NCBI GenBank assembly: GCA_965224705.1
Contig: OZ245056.1
Coordinates: forward strand, 1,920,001-1,984,000
DNA: 64,000 bases
Origin: Spirochaetaceae bacterium
GTDB taxonomy: Bacteria > Spirochaetota > Spirochaetia > DSM-2461
Direction: 5' to 3'
The position numbers were made by a program, and so were the translations under genes. The notes under the pieces are model-generated. The model ran no database searches. It saw only the letters and a list, made by a program, of their open reading frames with translations, and was not told the DNA's origin. Of this stretch, positions 50,211-60,276 are shown one piece after another (the stretch's first letter is position 1; each line of letters begins with the position of its first letter).

Positions 50211-51071
50211 ATTCTCCAGCCCCAGCGATTCAGCAATCTGCAATACGGCAGGGGAATTGTTCAAAGTATAAAGATGGATACCAGAAACACTACTGTCCAA
50301 TAAATCCCGTACCTGTTCGGTTGCCCAGTGTATACCAGCCTTGCGCACGCCCTCATCGGATTCTGCCCGTTTGACAGCTTGAAGCAGCCCGGCCGGGAAT
50401 CGGGTCCGGGACGCCAGTTTCGCCATTTTTTCCATATTATGAATTCCGGTGATCGGCATTATTCCCGCAATAACAGGTATATCAATACCCGTAATTTCAC
50501 ACCGTGAGACAAAATCAAAATAATCCCTGTTGTCAAAAAAGAGTTGAGTCACCATGTAATCGGCTCCGGCATCAACTTTGCTCTTCAGATAGATCATCTC
50601 ATCAAGGCGGTTTAAGGAATCAGGATGCCCTTCCGGAAAACCGGCCACCCCAACTCCCATCTCCGGATGCTGAATGCGGATGAAAGACACAAGTTCAGCG
50701 GCATGGGAAAAGTCCCCCTGCATGGAAGCGGTATCAGCAGGCATATCACCTTTGAGAGCCAGGATGTTTCTCACACCACTTTTGGCATATTTATCAAGGA
50801 TTTCCTTGATCTCATCCTGTGTATGACTGACACAGGTGAGATGAGCCACGACATCAACACCGGTCAGCTTCTGAATTTCTGTAACGAGCCGGTGAGTGAG
50901 ATCCCGTGTGGATCCGCCTGCTCCATATGTAACACTCACATAGGCTGGTTTGAGATGGGCCAGATCGTCTATAGTTTGGAAGAGTTTTTTTTCTCCCTTC
51001 GGGGATTTAGGCGGGAAGAATTCAAAGCTTACCGATGTTTTTCTTGAGGTTAACAGGTCAATAATCGGCAT
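50205..51071 (-). CDS. metF: 5,10-methylenetetrahydrofolate reductase
   Basis: SFEFFPPK, SVTYGAGGS, HLTC, AGFPEGH, TQLFFD, GIHLYTLN. Confidence 0.95.
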   Translation of the reverse strand: MPIIDLLTSRKTSVSFEFFPPKSPKGEKKLFQTIDDLAHLKPAYVSVTYGAGGSTRDLTHRLVTEIQKLTGVDVVAHLTCVSHTQDEIKEILDKYAKSGVRNILALKGDMPADTASMQGDFSHAAELVSFIRIQHPEMGVGVAGFPEGHPDSLNRLDEMIYLKSKVDAGADYMVTQLFFDNRDYFDFVSRCEITGIDIPVIAGIMPITGIHNMEKMAKLASRTRFPAGLLQAVKRAESDEGVRKAGIHWATEQVRDLLDSSVSGIHLYTLNNSPAVLQIAESLGLENL

Positions 51072-51077
51072 GGACTG

Positions 51078-51512
51078 CTACTTCTGAAGATTGATCAATG
51101 CATGGATTGCCAGAATGTAGCTGTGTTTTCCAAAACCAAAGATCCCCCCCTCACACACTGGAGCTATGACGGAGGAATGGCGGAATTCTTCCCGTTTATA
51201 TAAATTGGAAAGATGCACTTCTATAACAGGGATCTGGACCGCAGCAACGGCATCGCGTATGGCATGAGAATAGTGGGTGTAGGCAGCAGAATTGAGTATA
51301 ATGCCATCAAGTCGATCTTTCCCCTTCTGTATCAAAGTAATGAGTTCCCCTTCGGAGTTTGACTGATGAAACTCCAACTCAAGGCCAAGCTTATCACCTT
51401 CAGCCGCAATTTCCCTGTTGATATCGTCCAGAGTCTGGTTACCGTAAATGTGTGTTTCCCTTTGACCAAGCATGTTAAGATTCGGACCATTGATAATTGA
51501 TATACGCTTCAT
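51078..51512 (-). CDS. aroQ: Type II 3-dehydroquinate dehydratase
   Basis: NGPNLNMLG.RE..IYG, QSNSEG, AYTHYS, EVHLSN...REEFRH.S. Confidence 0.95.
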   Translation of the reverse strand: MKRISIINGPNLNMLGQRETHIYGNQTLDDINREIAAEGDKLGLELEFHQSNSEGELITLIQKGKDRLDGIILNSAAYTHYSHAIRDAVAAVQIPVIEVHLSNLYKREEFRHSSVIAPVCEGGIFGFGKHSYILAIHALINLQK

Positions 51513-51642
51513 AACAGAATTAACAATAGAAGGATGATTGGGTAAAGTCAAGCAGGTTTTCAATGGGGAAGCGTTCCCACAGAGTTTTAGAGTTCATTAA
51601 AAAGACGGATAACAGTATAATCCTCATAAAAGGAATTCTCTC

Positions 51643-53733
51643 ATGCCGGAAAAAATTACCATGGATCTGTTGACAGATGCAGGACTCAAATCAGCAGAGG
51701 CCAGAGCTGTCTTAGCGCATATCAATGAACTACTCACAACGAAGCCGCCGAAGGAGTGCTGGATTGAGCTTTGCACCTCTGTTCTGACACAAAACCACCC
51801 ATTCGAACTGCACCGAAAACTGCATGAAGCCGTGTTTAAGGATTGGGACCACTCCGAAGGACCGCCTCCCGCATGGTTCCCAACCGAAGCATTCATTGAC
51901 CAGACCAATGTTGGCCGAATGATGAAGAACATGGGATTTGAATCATACAATCAATTTCATGCATGGACTGCCGGGAATCGCAGTGAATTCTGGAAAAGCA
52001 TCACCTCAACACTCAATATCCGTTTTTCTGATCCCCCCTCCAGAATAGTGGATTTATCCCGGGGTATCGAACATCCAGAGTGGTTTCCAGGAGCAGCTCT
52101 CAACATCGTCGATTCATGCATTGATACAGATGTTCATGCTCCAGCCATAATCATATCCGGGGGGGGCAGTTCGTTGAGAACGATCAGCCGCCATGAACTC
52201 CTCTGCCAGGTCAACCGTGTTGCCAACAGCCTGAGCCAGGCAGGCCTTCTTCCTGGTACCGCCATTGCCATTGACATGCCCATGACAGCAGAATCATGTT
52301 TTATCTATCTGGGCATCATCAAGGCCGGATGTACCGCTGTATCGATAGCAGACAGTTTCGCTCCGGAGGAAATTGCCAAACGCATCAAAATTGGTAATGT
52401 TAGAGCTGTTTTTACCCAGGATTATCTGACAAGAGGGGACAAAATTTTACCCCTGTATGAAAAAGTTACCGCGGCAGACTCACCATTGACCATTGTACTG
52501 ACCTCCTCCGTAAGCACCGATGATGAGTCGCAGAGAATAACACTCCGCGATGGCGATATAACATGGAAAGACTTCCTCTGCGATGATACGGATTTCGATT
52601 CTGTAAAATGTACCCCGGATGCGATTATCAACATCCTCTTCTCTTCAGGAACAACCGGCACCCCGAAAGCCATACCCTGGACCCAGACAACACCCATCAA
52701 ATGTGCCGCTGACGGTCATCTCCACCATGATATTCGGCCCGGCGATGTTGCAGCATGGCCAACCAATCTTGGCTGGATGATGGGGCCCTGGCTCGTTTTT
52801 GCTGCTCTGATCAATCAGGGGACTATCGCCCTTTACAGTGATGTTCCAACCGACCGGCAATTCGGTCGATTTGTTCAGAATGCCGGTGTCAATATTCTGG
52901 GACTTGTGCCGAGTATGGTCCGCGCCTGGCGGAGCACGGACTGCATGCTCGGACTCGACTGGAGTTCCGTGCGGGTGTTCAGTTCAACCGGAGAGTGCTC
53001 CAGCGCCGATGATATGTTCTATCTCATGACCCTCGCAGGATACCGGCCTGTAATAGAGTACTGCGGCGGCACCGAAATAGGAGGAGGTTATATCTCCGGG
53101 ACAGTGGCAAGGCCGTCCGTTCCCGGAGTCTTTTCAACACCCTCACTCGGTATGGAGTTCGTTATTCTGGATGAGGAGGGACATGAAGCTGAAAACGGAG
53201 AGGTTTTTTTGATTGCTCCATCCATAGGGCTTTCTGTCAATCTGATCAACCGCAATCACCATGAAATCTATTACACCGGCACTCCTGCCCCGCCATCACG
53301 GCTGGCTGGTATCCTCCGGGAAGATGGACAGGAATACACAGTACGGCTTCGCCGCCATGGAGATCAGTGTGAACATCTGGGAGGGGGATATTTCCGCATG
53401 CATGGCCGGGTTGATGATACGATGAATCTTGGCGGCATCAAAGTAAGCTCGGTAGAAATTGAACGAATGCTGAATAAAATGGATGAGGTTCAGCAGACTG
53501 CGGCCATTGAAGTGTCTGACTCCAGCGGAGGTCCCGGCCGTCTGGTGATTTACGCAGTAACGGATGAACCTCTTACGGCCAATGAACTCAAAACGATGAT
53601 GCAGGAAGTAATCAAAAAACAGCTGAATCCCCTCTTCAGGATATATGATGTGGTAATCACAACAGAGCTGCCGCGTACCGCCTCAAACAAAATCATGCGC
53701 CGTGTTCTGCGCAAAAGCTATGATTGCACATGA
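51643..53733 (+). CDS. AMP-binding acyl/acetyl-CoA synthetase-like enzyme
   Basis: FSSGTTGTPK, WPTNLGWMMGPW, EYCGGTE, GRVDDTMNLGG, PRTASNKIMRR. Confidence 0.88.
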   Translation: MPEKITMDLLTDAGLKSAEARAVLAHINELLTTKPPKECWIELCTSVLTQNHPFELHRKLHEAVFKDWDHSEGPPPAWFPTEAFIDQTNVGRMMKNMGFESYNQFHAWTAGNRSEFWKSITSTLNIRFSDPPSRIVDLSRGIEHPEWFPGAALNIVDSCIDTDVHAPAIIISGGGSSLRTISRHELLCQVNRVANSLSQAGLLPGTAIAIDMPMTAESCFIYLGIIKAGCTAVSIADSFAPEEIAKRIKIGNVRAVFTQDYLTRGDKILPLYEKVTAADSPLTIVLTSSVSTDDESQRITLRDGDITWKDFLCDDTDFDSVKCTPDAIINILFSSGTTGTPKAIPWTQTTPIKCAADGHLHHDIRPGDVAAWPTNLGWMMGPWLVFAALINQGTIALYSDVPTDRQFGRFVQNAGVNILGLVPSMVRAWRSTDCMLGLDWSSVRVFSSTGECSSADDMFYLMTLAGYRPVIEYCGGTEIGGGYISGTVARPSVPGVFSTPSLGMEFVILDEEGHEAENGEVFLIAPSIGLSVNLINRNHHEIYYTGTPAPPSRLAGILREDGQEYTVRLRRHGDQCEHLGGGYFRMHGRVDDTMNLGGIKVSSVEIERMLNKMDEVQQTAAIEVSDSSGGPGRLVIYAVTDEPLTANELKTMMQEVIKKQLNPLFRIYDVVITTELPRTASNKIMRRVLRKSYDCT

Positions 53734-54002
53734 TAATAACGGATCTCACCGCAGTTAACTGAGCATGCAGAGAGAGCTTCATGCAGCGGTAGGCGACCGT
53801 GTGTCCAGACTCCACTGATACAGAAAGCCCTGTCCGGGGGGGCATAATCCAAATAAAAACAAGTATTGTACTCATTGGAGACTCCAGGGGGTGGAAGAAA
53901 TTATGGAGAACTCTTTACAATACATCCAATTCAATTCGGTGCACTCAATCTCAATTACCTGGATTCCAGGATCGCACCGTGGTTACAAACTAAGGAGTTA
54001 AT

Positions 54003-55901
54003 ATGAACCCCAAGTACGATGCCCTGTTGAAGGGTAAGATGTCTGATGAGAGTTATCAGCGGCTGGCTGTACTCAAAAATCAGAAAGTTTACGATTTCAT
54101 TGGAAAATTTGCGGAGCATTGTGAACCGGTCACCATCTATGTTGCCAATGACAGCCTGGAAGATGAGCAGTACATCAGAGAACAGGCTCTGGCCAAGGGA
54201 GAAGAACACAAACTTGCCCTTGATGGGCGCACCATCCATTGGGATGGCTATGGGGATCAGGCACGAGACAAAGGGAACACCAAGTACATAGTTTACCCAG
54301 AAAACATGGATCGCATGAAATCCCTCAACGCCCTTCCCTACGATGATGGCTACAAGGAAATCATGGACATTGCCAGGGGGAATATGAAAGGAAAGGACTG
54401 TATCGTTAAATTCTTCGCCGAAGGGCCGACAGAAAGCCCCTTCACCATTCCCTGTGTACAGTTCTCCGACTCCTGGTATGTTGCTCACTCCGAATCCATC
54501 CTGTACCGTCCTGGGTATAATCATTTCTTGAACATGAAGGAAGATGAAAAAGATGACTTCTTCCGCTTCATCCATTCCGCCGGTCAACTTGATGAACGAG
54601 GCTGCGTTGTCAATCTGGATAAACGCCGTATCTACATGGATCTTCAGAACAACATGGTGTACTCAATGAATGCCCAATATGCCGGCAACTCAGTCGGCCT
54701 CAAAAAGCATGCAATGCGGCTGGCCATCAATAAATCAGGCCAGGAGAATTGGCTTTGCGAGCACATGTTCATCATGGCCATTATAAACAAGTCCAGACGC
54801 AAAACATATTTTGCCGGTGCCTATCCATCAGCCTGCGGCAAAACCTCCACCGCCATGGTACCGGGAGAAGAAGTTGTGGGTGACGATATTGCTTATTTCC
54901 GCAACATCGATAACGAGTTCCGGGCCGTCAATGTTGAACAGGGGATCTTTGGAATCATCAAAGACGTGAACGCAGAGGATGACCCTGTAATTTTTGAGAA
55001 TCTCAAGAAGCCTCAGGAACTCATCTTCTCCAATGTTCTCCAGGGTGCAGATAATAATCCCTACTGGTTAGGTATGGGTGAGGATGCCCCCGACAGCGGC
55101 AAAAACCACCATGGTTCCTGGAAGAAAGGTGACCGGGATTCAAACAACAAAGAAGTGGGTGTTGCCCATCCCAACAGCCGATATACCATGCGTCTGGACT
55201 ACCTCTCCAACTTTGATCAGGAAGGCTTCGACGCCAAAAACGGAGTTGTGATTGAAGGACTGCTTTACGGAGGCCGCGACTCGGACACCACCGTTCCTGT
55301 TGAAGAATCCCCTTCCTATGCCAGCGGCATCCTTCTGAAGGCAGCCACCCTGGAATCGGAAACAACCGCTGCAACCCTGGGTACCGAAGGCGTACGGGTT
55401 GCCAGTCCCATGGCCAACATGGACTTTGTATCCTATCCCCTGGGAGAGTACACGGAAAACAACCTTAAGTTCACCAGGGGGATGAAGGCAGAACCCAGAG
55501 TGTTCAGCACGAACTATTTCATGCTCAGTCCAGAGGGTAAATTCATGACCAGTAAACTGGCCAAAAGAGTATGGCTGCACTGGGCAGAAGGTCGGGTGCA
55601 TGGTGAGTATGAAGGCTTTGCCACCCCCACTGGAACCATCCCATTGTATACCGATCTGAAAAAACTCTTCAAAGAGCTCTTGAATGAAGATTTCTCGGAA
55701 GCCGACTACCAGTATCTCTTTACTTTCCGCTGCACAAAATGGGTGGAAAAACTGGAACGCACTAAATCTTTCTTTGCCAAAATGGATGCCAATGTTCCAC
55801 AGCACATCTATGACTCATGGGAGAAGGCCATTGGTGAAATTGAAGCCGCCAGAAACAAGTATGGTGATGAAATTAAACCTGGTGATTTTAAGGGGTCCTG
55901 A
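54003..55901 (+). CDS. pckG: GTP-dependent phosphoenolpyruvate carboxykinase
   Basis: YAGNS.GLKK..MR, WL.EHM, AYPSACGKT, VGDDIA, AHPNSR, YGGR; AAGGAG RBS. Confidence 0.9.
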   Translation: MNPKYDALLKGKMSDESYQRLAVLKNQKVYDFIGKFAEHCEPVTIYVANDSLEDEQYIREQALAKGEEHKLALDGRTIHWDGYGDQARDKGNTKYIVYPENMDRMKSLNALPYDDGYKEIMDIARGNMKGKDCIVKFFAEGPTESPFTIPCVQFSDSWYVAHSESILYRPGYNHFLNMKEDEKDDFFRFIHSAGQLDERGCVVNLDKRRIYMDLQNNMVYSMNAQYAGNSVGLKKHAMRLAINKSGQENWLCEHMFIMAIINKSRRKTYFAGAYPSACGKTSTAMVPGEEVVGDDIAYFRNIDNEFRAVNVEQGIFGIIKDVNAEDDPVIFENLKKPQELIFSNVLQGADNNPYWLGMGEDAPDSGKNHHGSWKKGDRDSNNKEVGVAHPNSRYTMRLDYLSNFDQEGFDAKNGVVIEGLLYGGRDSDTTVPVEESPSYASGILLKAATLESETTAATLGTEGVRVASPMANMDFVSYPLGEYTENNLKFTRGMKAEPRVFSTNYFMLSPEGKFMTSKLAKRVWLHWAEGRVHGEYEGFATPTGTIPLYTDLKKLFKELLNEDFSEADYQYLFTFRCTKWVEKLERTKSFFAKMDANVPQHIYDSWEKAIGEIEAARNKYGDEIKPGDFKGS

Positions 55902-56013
55902 GTGTCAGAAAGCTTGTTAAATTAGAAAAGCATTTCGTTAATATAGCTGTTTTGATGACTTAGAAGCTTGTGATTATTAGAAACAGAGAGAATTCAACAA
56001 GCTTACTGACACT
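55901..56013. mobile_element. MITE-like repeat family C
   Basis: AGTGTCAGAAAGCTTGTT / AACAAGCTTACTGACACT inverted ends; first base overlaps the pck stop codon. Confidence 0.75.
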
Positions 56014-56119
56014 TCGTAAGGGGTAGAATCATACTCAGGACCATGTCCGTATGACGCATTTCGGAGTGCCCGGAAGCTTGTCATTGACTTTGCTTTCTGA
56101 AAACTCATAGTATTCCCCC

Positions 56120-57019
56120 ATGAAGCCAAAAGCTCCACTGGCAATGATTGTCAATCCAAATGCCGGAAAAAAAACCGGCCGTCAAATCGCTGAAAACGCT
56201 GCTGCCCGGTTGAATGATGCCGGTCTGTCCGTACAGATGTTCATATCAGAGAAACCGGGAGGTACTCTTTCCATCGCCAGATCTCTCAGCCAGACAGAAT
56301 GGTCTGGTGTCATTGCTGTGGGTGGAGATGGTTCCCTGTTTGAGGTTCTCAACGGCCTGTGCTCTGATAAATCTGTGATTTCCATTCCCATTGGACAAAT
56401 TCCCGTGGGAACCGGCAACTCTTACATAAAGGATCTGGGAATATCCTCTGTGGACGATGCTGTTCAGTCGATTATAGCAGGCGAATGCTGTCTGGTAGAC
56501 CTGGGATGGTTTACCTGTAATTCTGTTCACTACCGCTTCATCAACCTCCTTGGAGTAGGATTTGTATCCAATGTCGCACGTCGATCAGCCAGGTATAAGG
56601 TATTTGGTGCCCGGAGCTATATCTTCGGTATTATTGAAGAAATAATCCATCTTGATCCTGTTCCGATTCGGCTGCAGGTGGACGACGAAGTAATTGAACG
56701 ACGTGCTATCTTTGTAGAAATTTGCAACTCCCGGTACACAGGCGGAGATATGCTCATAGCTCCATCAGCAAAAATTGATGATGGCTTACTTGATGTGGTT
56801 ATAATGAAAGACACCACAAGACTGAGAGCATTGAAACTGTTGCCGACAATTTTCACCGGAACCCATCTGGAGACACCCGAATTTGAAGTATTCCGCGGTC
56901 ATCACATAAAACTGGAGTCTGAACGTCCCATGGCCCTCACTCCCGATGGAGAGACGTTTGGAAGTACCCCTATTGAGGCCGGCATCGATTTAAAGGTTCT
57001 CCAGTTTTTCAATGCTTGA
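56120..57019 (+). CDS. Diacylglycerol kinase family (YegS/DagK-like) lipid kinase
   Basis: NPNAG, GGDGS, PVGTGN, N.RY.GG, DDGLLD, DGE. Confidence 0.88.
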   Translation: MKPKAPLAMIVNPNAGKKTGRQIAENAAARLNDAGLSVQMFISEKPGGTLSIARSLSQTEWSGVIAVGGDGSLFEVLNGLCSDKSVISIPIGQIPVGTGNSYIKDLGISSVDDAVQSIIAGECCLVDLGWFTCNSVHYRFINLLGVGFVSNVARRSARYKVFGARSYIFGIIEEIIHLDPVPIRLQVDDEVIERRAIFVEICNSRYTGGDMLIAPSAKIDDGLLDVVIMKDTTRLRALKLLPTIFTGTHLETPEFEVFRGHHIKLESERPMALTPDGETFGSTPIEAGIDLKVLQFFNA

Positions 57020-57050
57020 CCCGGCCCTGAACAGGTCGTATCATTATCTT

Positions 57051-57416
57051 ATGAGCAGCGTCTCTTCATGGATATCCAGCCTTGGAATGTGGCCCCTCAT
57101 CGTGGCCCTTCTTCTCAATTTTACGTTTCGGCGATACGGCAAGGCTGCCATCAAGAAAAGAATGGCGTCTCTTTATCATGCTCTTTCTGTGTTTGCTGTA
57201 ACGGTGATGGCCGCCTTCATTGTTCAGAAGGGACTTACCGATACAATTCTTGCCATCGGCGTTCTTATTGTTCTTGGAGTGCTCATCATTCTCAGAAAGA
57301 AGGCATTCCCCTACCAGCTTACCTGTGCTGAATGCAGCAAAAAACTCGATATTCGAACCATTTACTTCATGGACAACAATCTGTGTTCCAACTGCAGTGC
57401 CCTGTCGTCAACCTGA
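57051..57416 (+). CDS. Membrane protein with C-terminal CxxC...CxxC motif
   Basis: Three hydrophobic segments, CAEC...CSNC; alternative start at 57012. Confidence 0.6.
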   Translation: MSSVSSWISSLGMWPLIVALLLNFTFRRYGKAAIKKRMASLYHALSVFAVTVMAAFIVQKGLTDTILAIGVLIVLGVLIILRKKAFPYQLTCAECSKKLDIRTIYFMDNNLCSNCSALSST

Positions 57417-57437
57417 TCCAGATTTCCTGAACTTCAT

Positions 57438-59702
57438 TTACTTGCATCTGGACCATCCACAGGCCGGACATGTGGCACATCCCTCCCGAAACACCAGACC
57501 TGTTTCACACTCAGGGCAGCGTTTTTCCCCAGCAATTACTTCTTCCCCATCATGTATGTAGGTTTTAAGTACACGGCTGATAACACGTTCAAAATCCATG
57601 AACTGAGTATCCTTCTGGAGTTGTTTCACAATGAACTGCAAGGGGGCGCCATGCCTCAGTGCCATGGAGACAAATCGAGCCAGGGAGGCATTGGGCGAGT
57701 CGTATACGGCGGTAAAGTCCTCCAGAACCATGCGCGGATTCGCATCACCCATCACGAGATCGTATCGGTTTTTTTTCATCTTACGGACGACACCCCTGGT
57801 GTACCCATTGATTTTAACGCCTTCATGGTCTGGAACATCAATCCAGAAGACTTCATAGAGGCTGCCGTTCAAGTGACCTGTAATGATGATGTAGCTCTTG
57901 CCCCTCACTTTTATACGGTGAATTTCACAGGGTAATTCGTGGGGGCGGGCAGGGGTTTGATTGCGGGTAATCGTTATTTTTTCAGGTTTGTCAGAATATT
58001 CGAGAATGCCCTTCATGCTCCCTTCGGGATTAAATGTTGTAAATCCTTTCAAACCTTTTTTATAAGCGTAGAGAAAGAGTTTCTGATACTGATCAAAGGT
58101 GGTTCCCGGCGGTAAATTCAACGTCTTGGAGATTGAATGATCTATATTTTCCTGAATAGCGGCCTGTAAGTCAATTGAAGCAAAGGGATCAATATCGGCT
58201 GTCGTCACCATCCAGTCGGGAGGGCTGTCTTCACCGGTGAGTTCTTTCCATTGCAGCCATGCCAGGTCGTAGACCGTTTCGGTTTTAACTTCATCACCCC
58301 GGCCGACGCGGATGTTGCGGTCGTATTGAAGGGCAAAGGCCGGTTCTATACCGCTTGAACAGTTTTGTCCGACAGATAAACTGATGGTTCCGGTCGGGGC
58401 AACGGTGTTCATCTGTATGTTGCGAAGACCATACTCTGCAATTTGATCCCGTATATCAACAGGAAGTTTCCTGACGAAATTGGCGTTAAGGATTTTCCCG
58501 GCATCAAAGGCAGGGAAGGACCCCTTTTCCCTTGCCAGATCAGAAGATGCCCGATAAGACGCATCTCGAAGGGTACGCGACATCTCCGATGCAAACTCAA
58601 TGGACTGAGGGGAACCATATTTGATTCGAAGCAAACTCATTGCCGTTCCCAGAGCGGTGAAACCCAGCCCTATGCGGCGCCATTGTTTGGAAAAAGATTC
58701 AATTTTATCCAGCGGATAATCGGTGACATCCAGTACGTTATCCAGGAATCGGACCCCCAGACTCACAGACTCCGAAAAACTGTCATAGTCAAATTTCGCC
58801 TCTTCAGTAAATGGGTTTACCACGAATGCAGACAGGTTCATGGCCGCCAGGCAGCAGAGGGAATAGGCGGGCATAACAAGTTCCCCGCAAGGATTAACTC
58901 TATCCATCTGAAAGGCCCAGTAACCGTTATTAAACTTTTGCACCGTATCGAAATTGAAAATACCAGGTTCGTTGTGAATGTAGGCGTTCTGAGAAAGCTT
59001 ATTGTAGAGATCCCGGGCCTTAAGAGTTTTATACACCTTTCCGTTAAAATGAAGATTGAAATCTCCATCCTCTTCAACAGCACGAATGAATTCATCAGTC
59101 ACCTTTACTGAAATATTGAACTGAGTGAGCTCCTTATTCTTATCACCCTGCTTGACAGTAATAAACTCTTCTATATCAGGATGACTGATGTCCAGAAGTG
59201 CAATATGAGCACTGCGCCTCTGGCCGCCTGTCATAATTGTTTTTGCACTTTGATTGAATATTCTCAGGAAACTTACCACGCCGGAGGACTCTCCACCCCG
59301 GGAAAGGGCATCTCCTTTGGGGCGAAGTTTAGAGATATCAAAACCAACTCCTCCGCCCATTTTACTGATTCTGGCATCTTCAGCGAGGGATGTGTAAATT
59401 GATTCGAGAGAGTCTTCCACGTCAATTGTGAAACAATTATTATAGTTCTTCATTGGACTGTAAGAGCGGGCATTGGCAAGTATTCGTCCTGCAGGGATAA
59501 AACGGCCTGAGACAATCTCGCTGTAGAACTTTTCAGTGAACTCATCCTGAAGTTCTTTCGGCTCCGGGCTGGATATTTCAATGGCCACTTCACGAAATAC
59601 TTCCTGCGGAGTCTGCTCCTCGTGCAGCATGTATTTCCGTGAGAATATTTCCCTGCAAACAGCCTGTTTGAATTCAAATGTTTCTTTTTTGGTGTCTATC
59701 AT
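57438..59702 (-). CDS. nrdJ: Adenosylcobalamin-dependent (class II) ribonucleotide reductase
   Basis: PAGRIL, NCF, GGGVG.D.S.LRP.G, NPCGEL, APTGTIS, C-terminal CPEC...EGCATCPACGWSRC. Confidence 0.9.
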   Translation of the reverse strand: MIDTKKETFEFKQAVCREIFSRKYMLHEEQTPQEVFREVAIEISSPEPKELQDEFTEKFYSEIVSGRFIPAGRILANARSYSPMKNYNNCFTIDVEDSLESIYTSLAEDARISKMGGGVGFDISKLRPKGDALSRGGESSGVVSFLRIFNQSAKTIMTGGQRRSAHIALLDISHPDIEEFITVKQGDKNKELTQFNISVKVTDEFIRAVEEDGDFNLHFNGKVYKTLKARDLYNKLSQNAYIHNEPGIFNFDTVQKFNNGYWAFQMDRVNPCGELVMPAYSLCCLAAMNLSAFVVNPFTEEAKFDYDSFSESVSLGVRFLDNVLDVTDYPLDKIESFSKQWRRIGLGFTALGTAMSLLRIKYGSPQSIEFASEMSRTLRDASYRASSDLAREKGSFPAFDAGKILNANFVRKLPVDIRDQIAEYGLRNIQMNTVAPTGTISLSVGQNCSSGIEPAFALQYDRNIRVGRGDEVKTETVYDLAWLQWKELTGEDSPPDWMVTTADIDPFASIDLQAAIQENIDHSISKTLNLPPGTTFDQYQKLFLYAYKKGLKGFTTFNPEGSMKGILEYSDKPEKITITRNQTPARPHELPCEIHRIKVRGKSYIIITGHLNGSLYEVFWIDVPDHEGVKINGYTRGVVRKMKKNRYDLVMGDANPRMVLEDFTAVYDSPNASLARFVSMALRHGAPLQFIVKQLQKDTQFMDFERVISRVLKTYIHDGEEVIAGEKRCPECETGLVFREGCATCPACGWSRCK

Positions 59703-59746
59703 AGCTTCCCCCCATTCTTCATTGGTTCTCATTGTTTTTGGCCCCA

Positions 59747-60095
59747 GGAGCCTGTCGGACTTACGCCTCACGGCTCGATTTTTGCCCTTTTTTCCCGCTA
59801 CCGCGTTGCCAAAATACTCACGTAGCCCAGCTACGCTCCGTTTTTGCCGCCTTGTATCGGAAAAAAATCATCAAAAATCGCCTCGAAGTCTTAAAGTCCG
59901 ACAGACTCCCAGGAGCCTGTCGGACTTTAAGACTCACAGATCTATTTTGCCTTCTCTCCGCCTTCATTCGTTTTCGCCTATCGCCCGGCACTCTCTCAGG
60001 CATTGCCTGCCTGCCTGCCTATCGGCAAACAGGTCGCCCTGCATCAGGAAAAATCATCGAAAATCGTCTTGCAGTCTTAAAGTTCGACAGACTCC
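59747..60095. mobile_element. Tandem doublet of MITE family B (59747-59909 and 59912-60095)
   Basis: GGAGCCTGTCGGACT...AGT(C/T)CGACAGACTCC twice, separated and flanked by CA; different interiors. Confidence 0.85.
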
Positions 60096-60153
60096 CAGAC
60101 GCATATAATGACTTGAAACAATCAGGTTTGACAAGTCAATAAAACTCTGACAA

Positions 60154-60169
60154 ACGCTATATATAGCGT
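60154..60169. promoter_or_regulatory. NrdR box
   Basis: Palindrome ACGCTATATATAGCGT resembles the NrdR consensus acaCwAtATaTwGtgt, upstream of nrdJ. Confidence 0.7.
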
Positions 60170-60276
60170 TTAGATTACTCTAAGTATCGACTATAACACT
60201 ATTAATCCTTTATCATTTTTTTTGATTTTTTTTCTGTTCTGATTTTTTTGAGACTTTTCGCTTACAATTTTCGACG

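Noticed and set aside
53734..54002. Possible ncRNA or riboswitch upstream of pck
   Set aside because: Only short G/C runs; no recognisable conserved motif or convincing long stem by eye.
57438..59702. Intein or intron in nrdJ; cobalamin riboswitch upstream
   Set aside because: Length and motifs are continuous, with no intein-like insertion; the upstream DNA is explained by MITEs and an NrdR-like box.
59581..60142. ORFs of 136-175 aa and the N-terminal extension of nrdJ to 59771; likewise 8101-8366 and the 8297 start
   Set aside because: They are translations of MITE sequence; better RBS-linked starts exist at 59702 and 8363.
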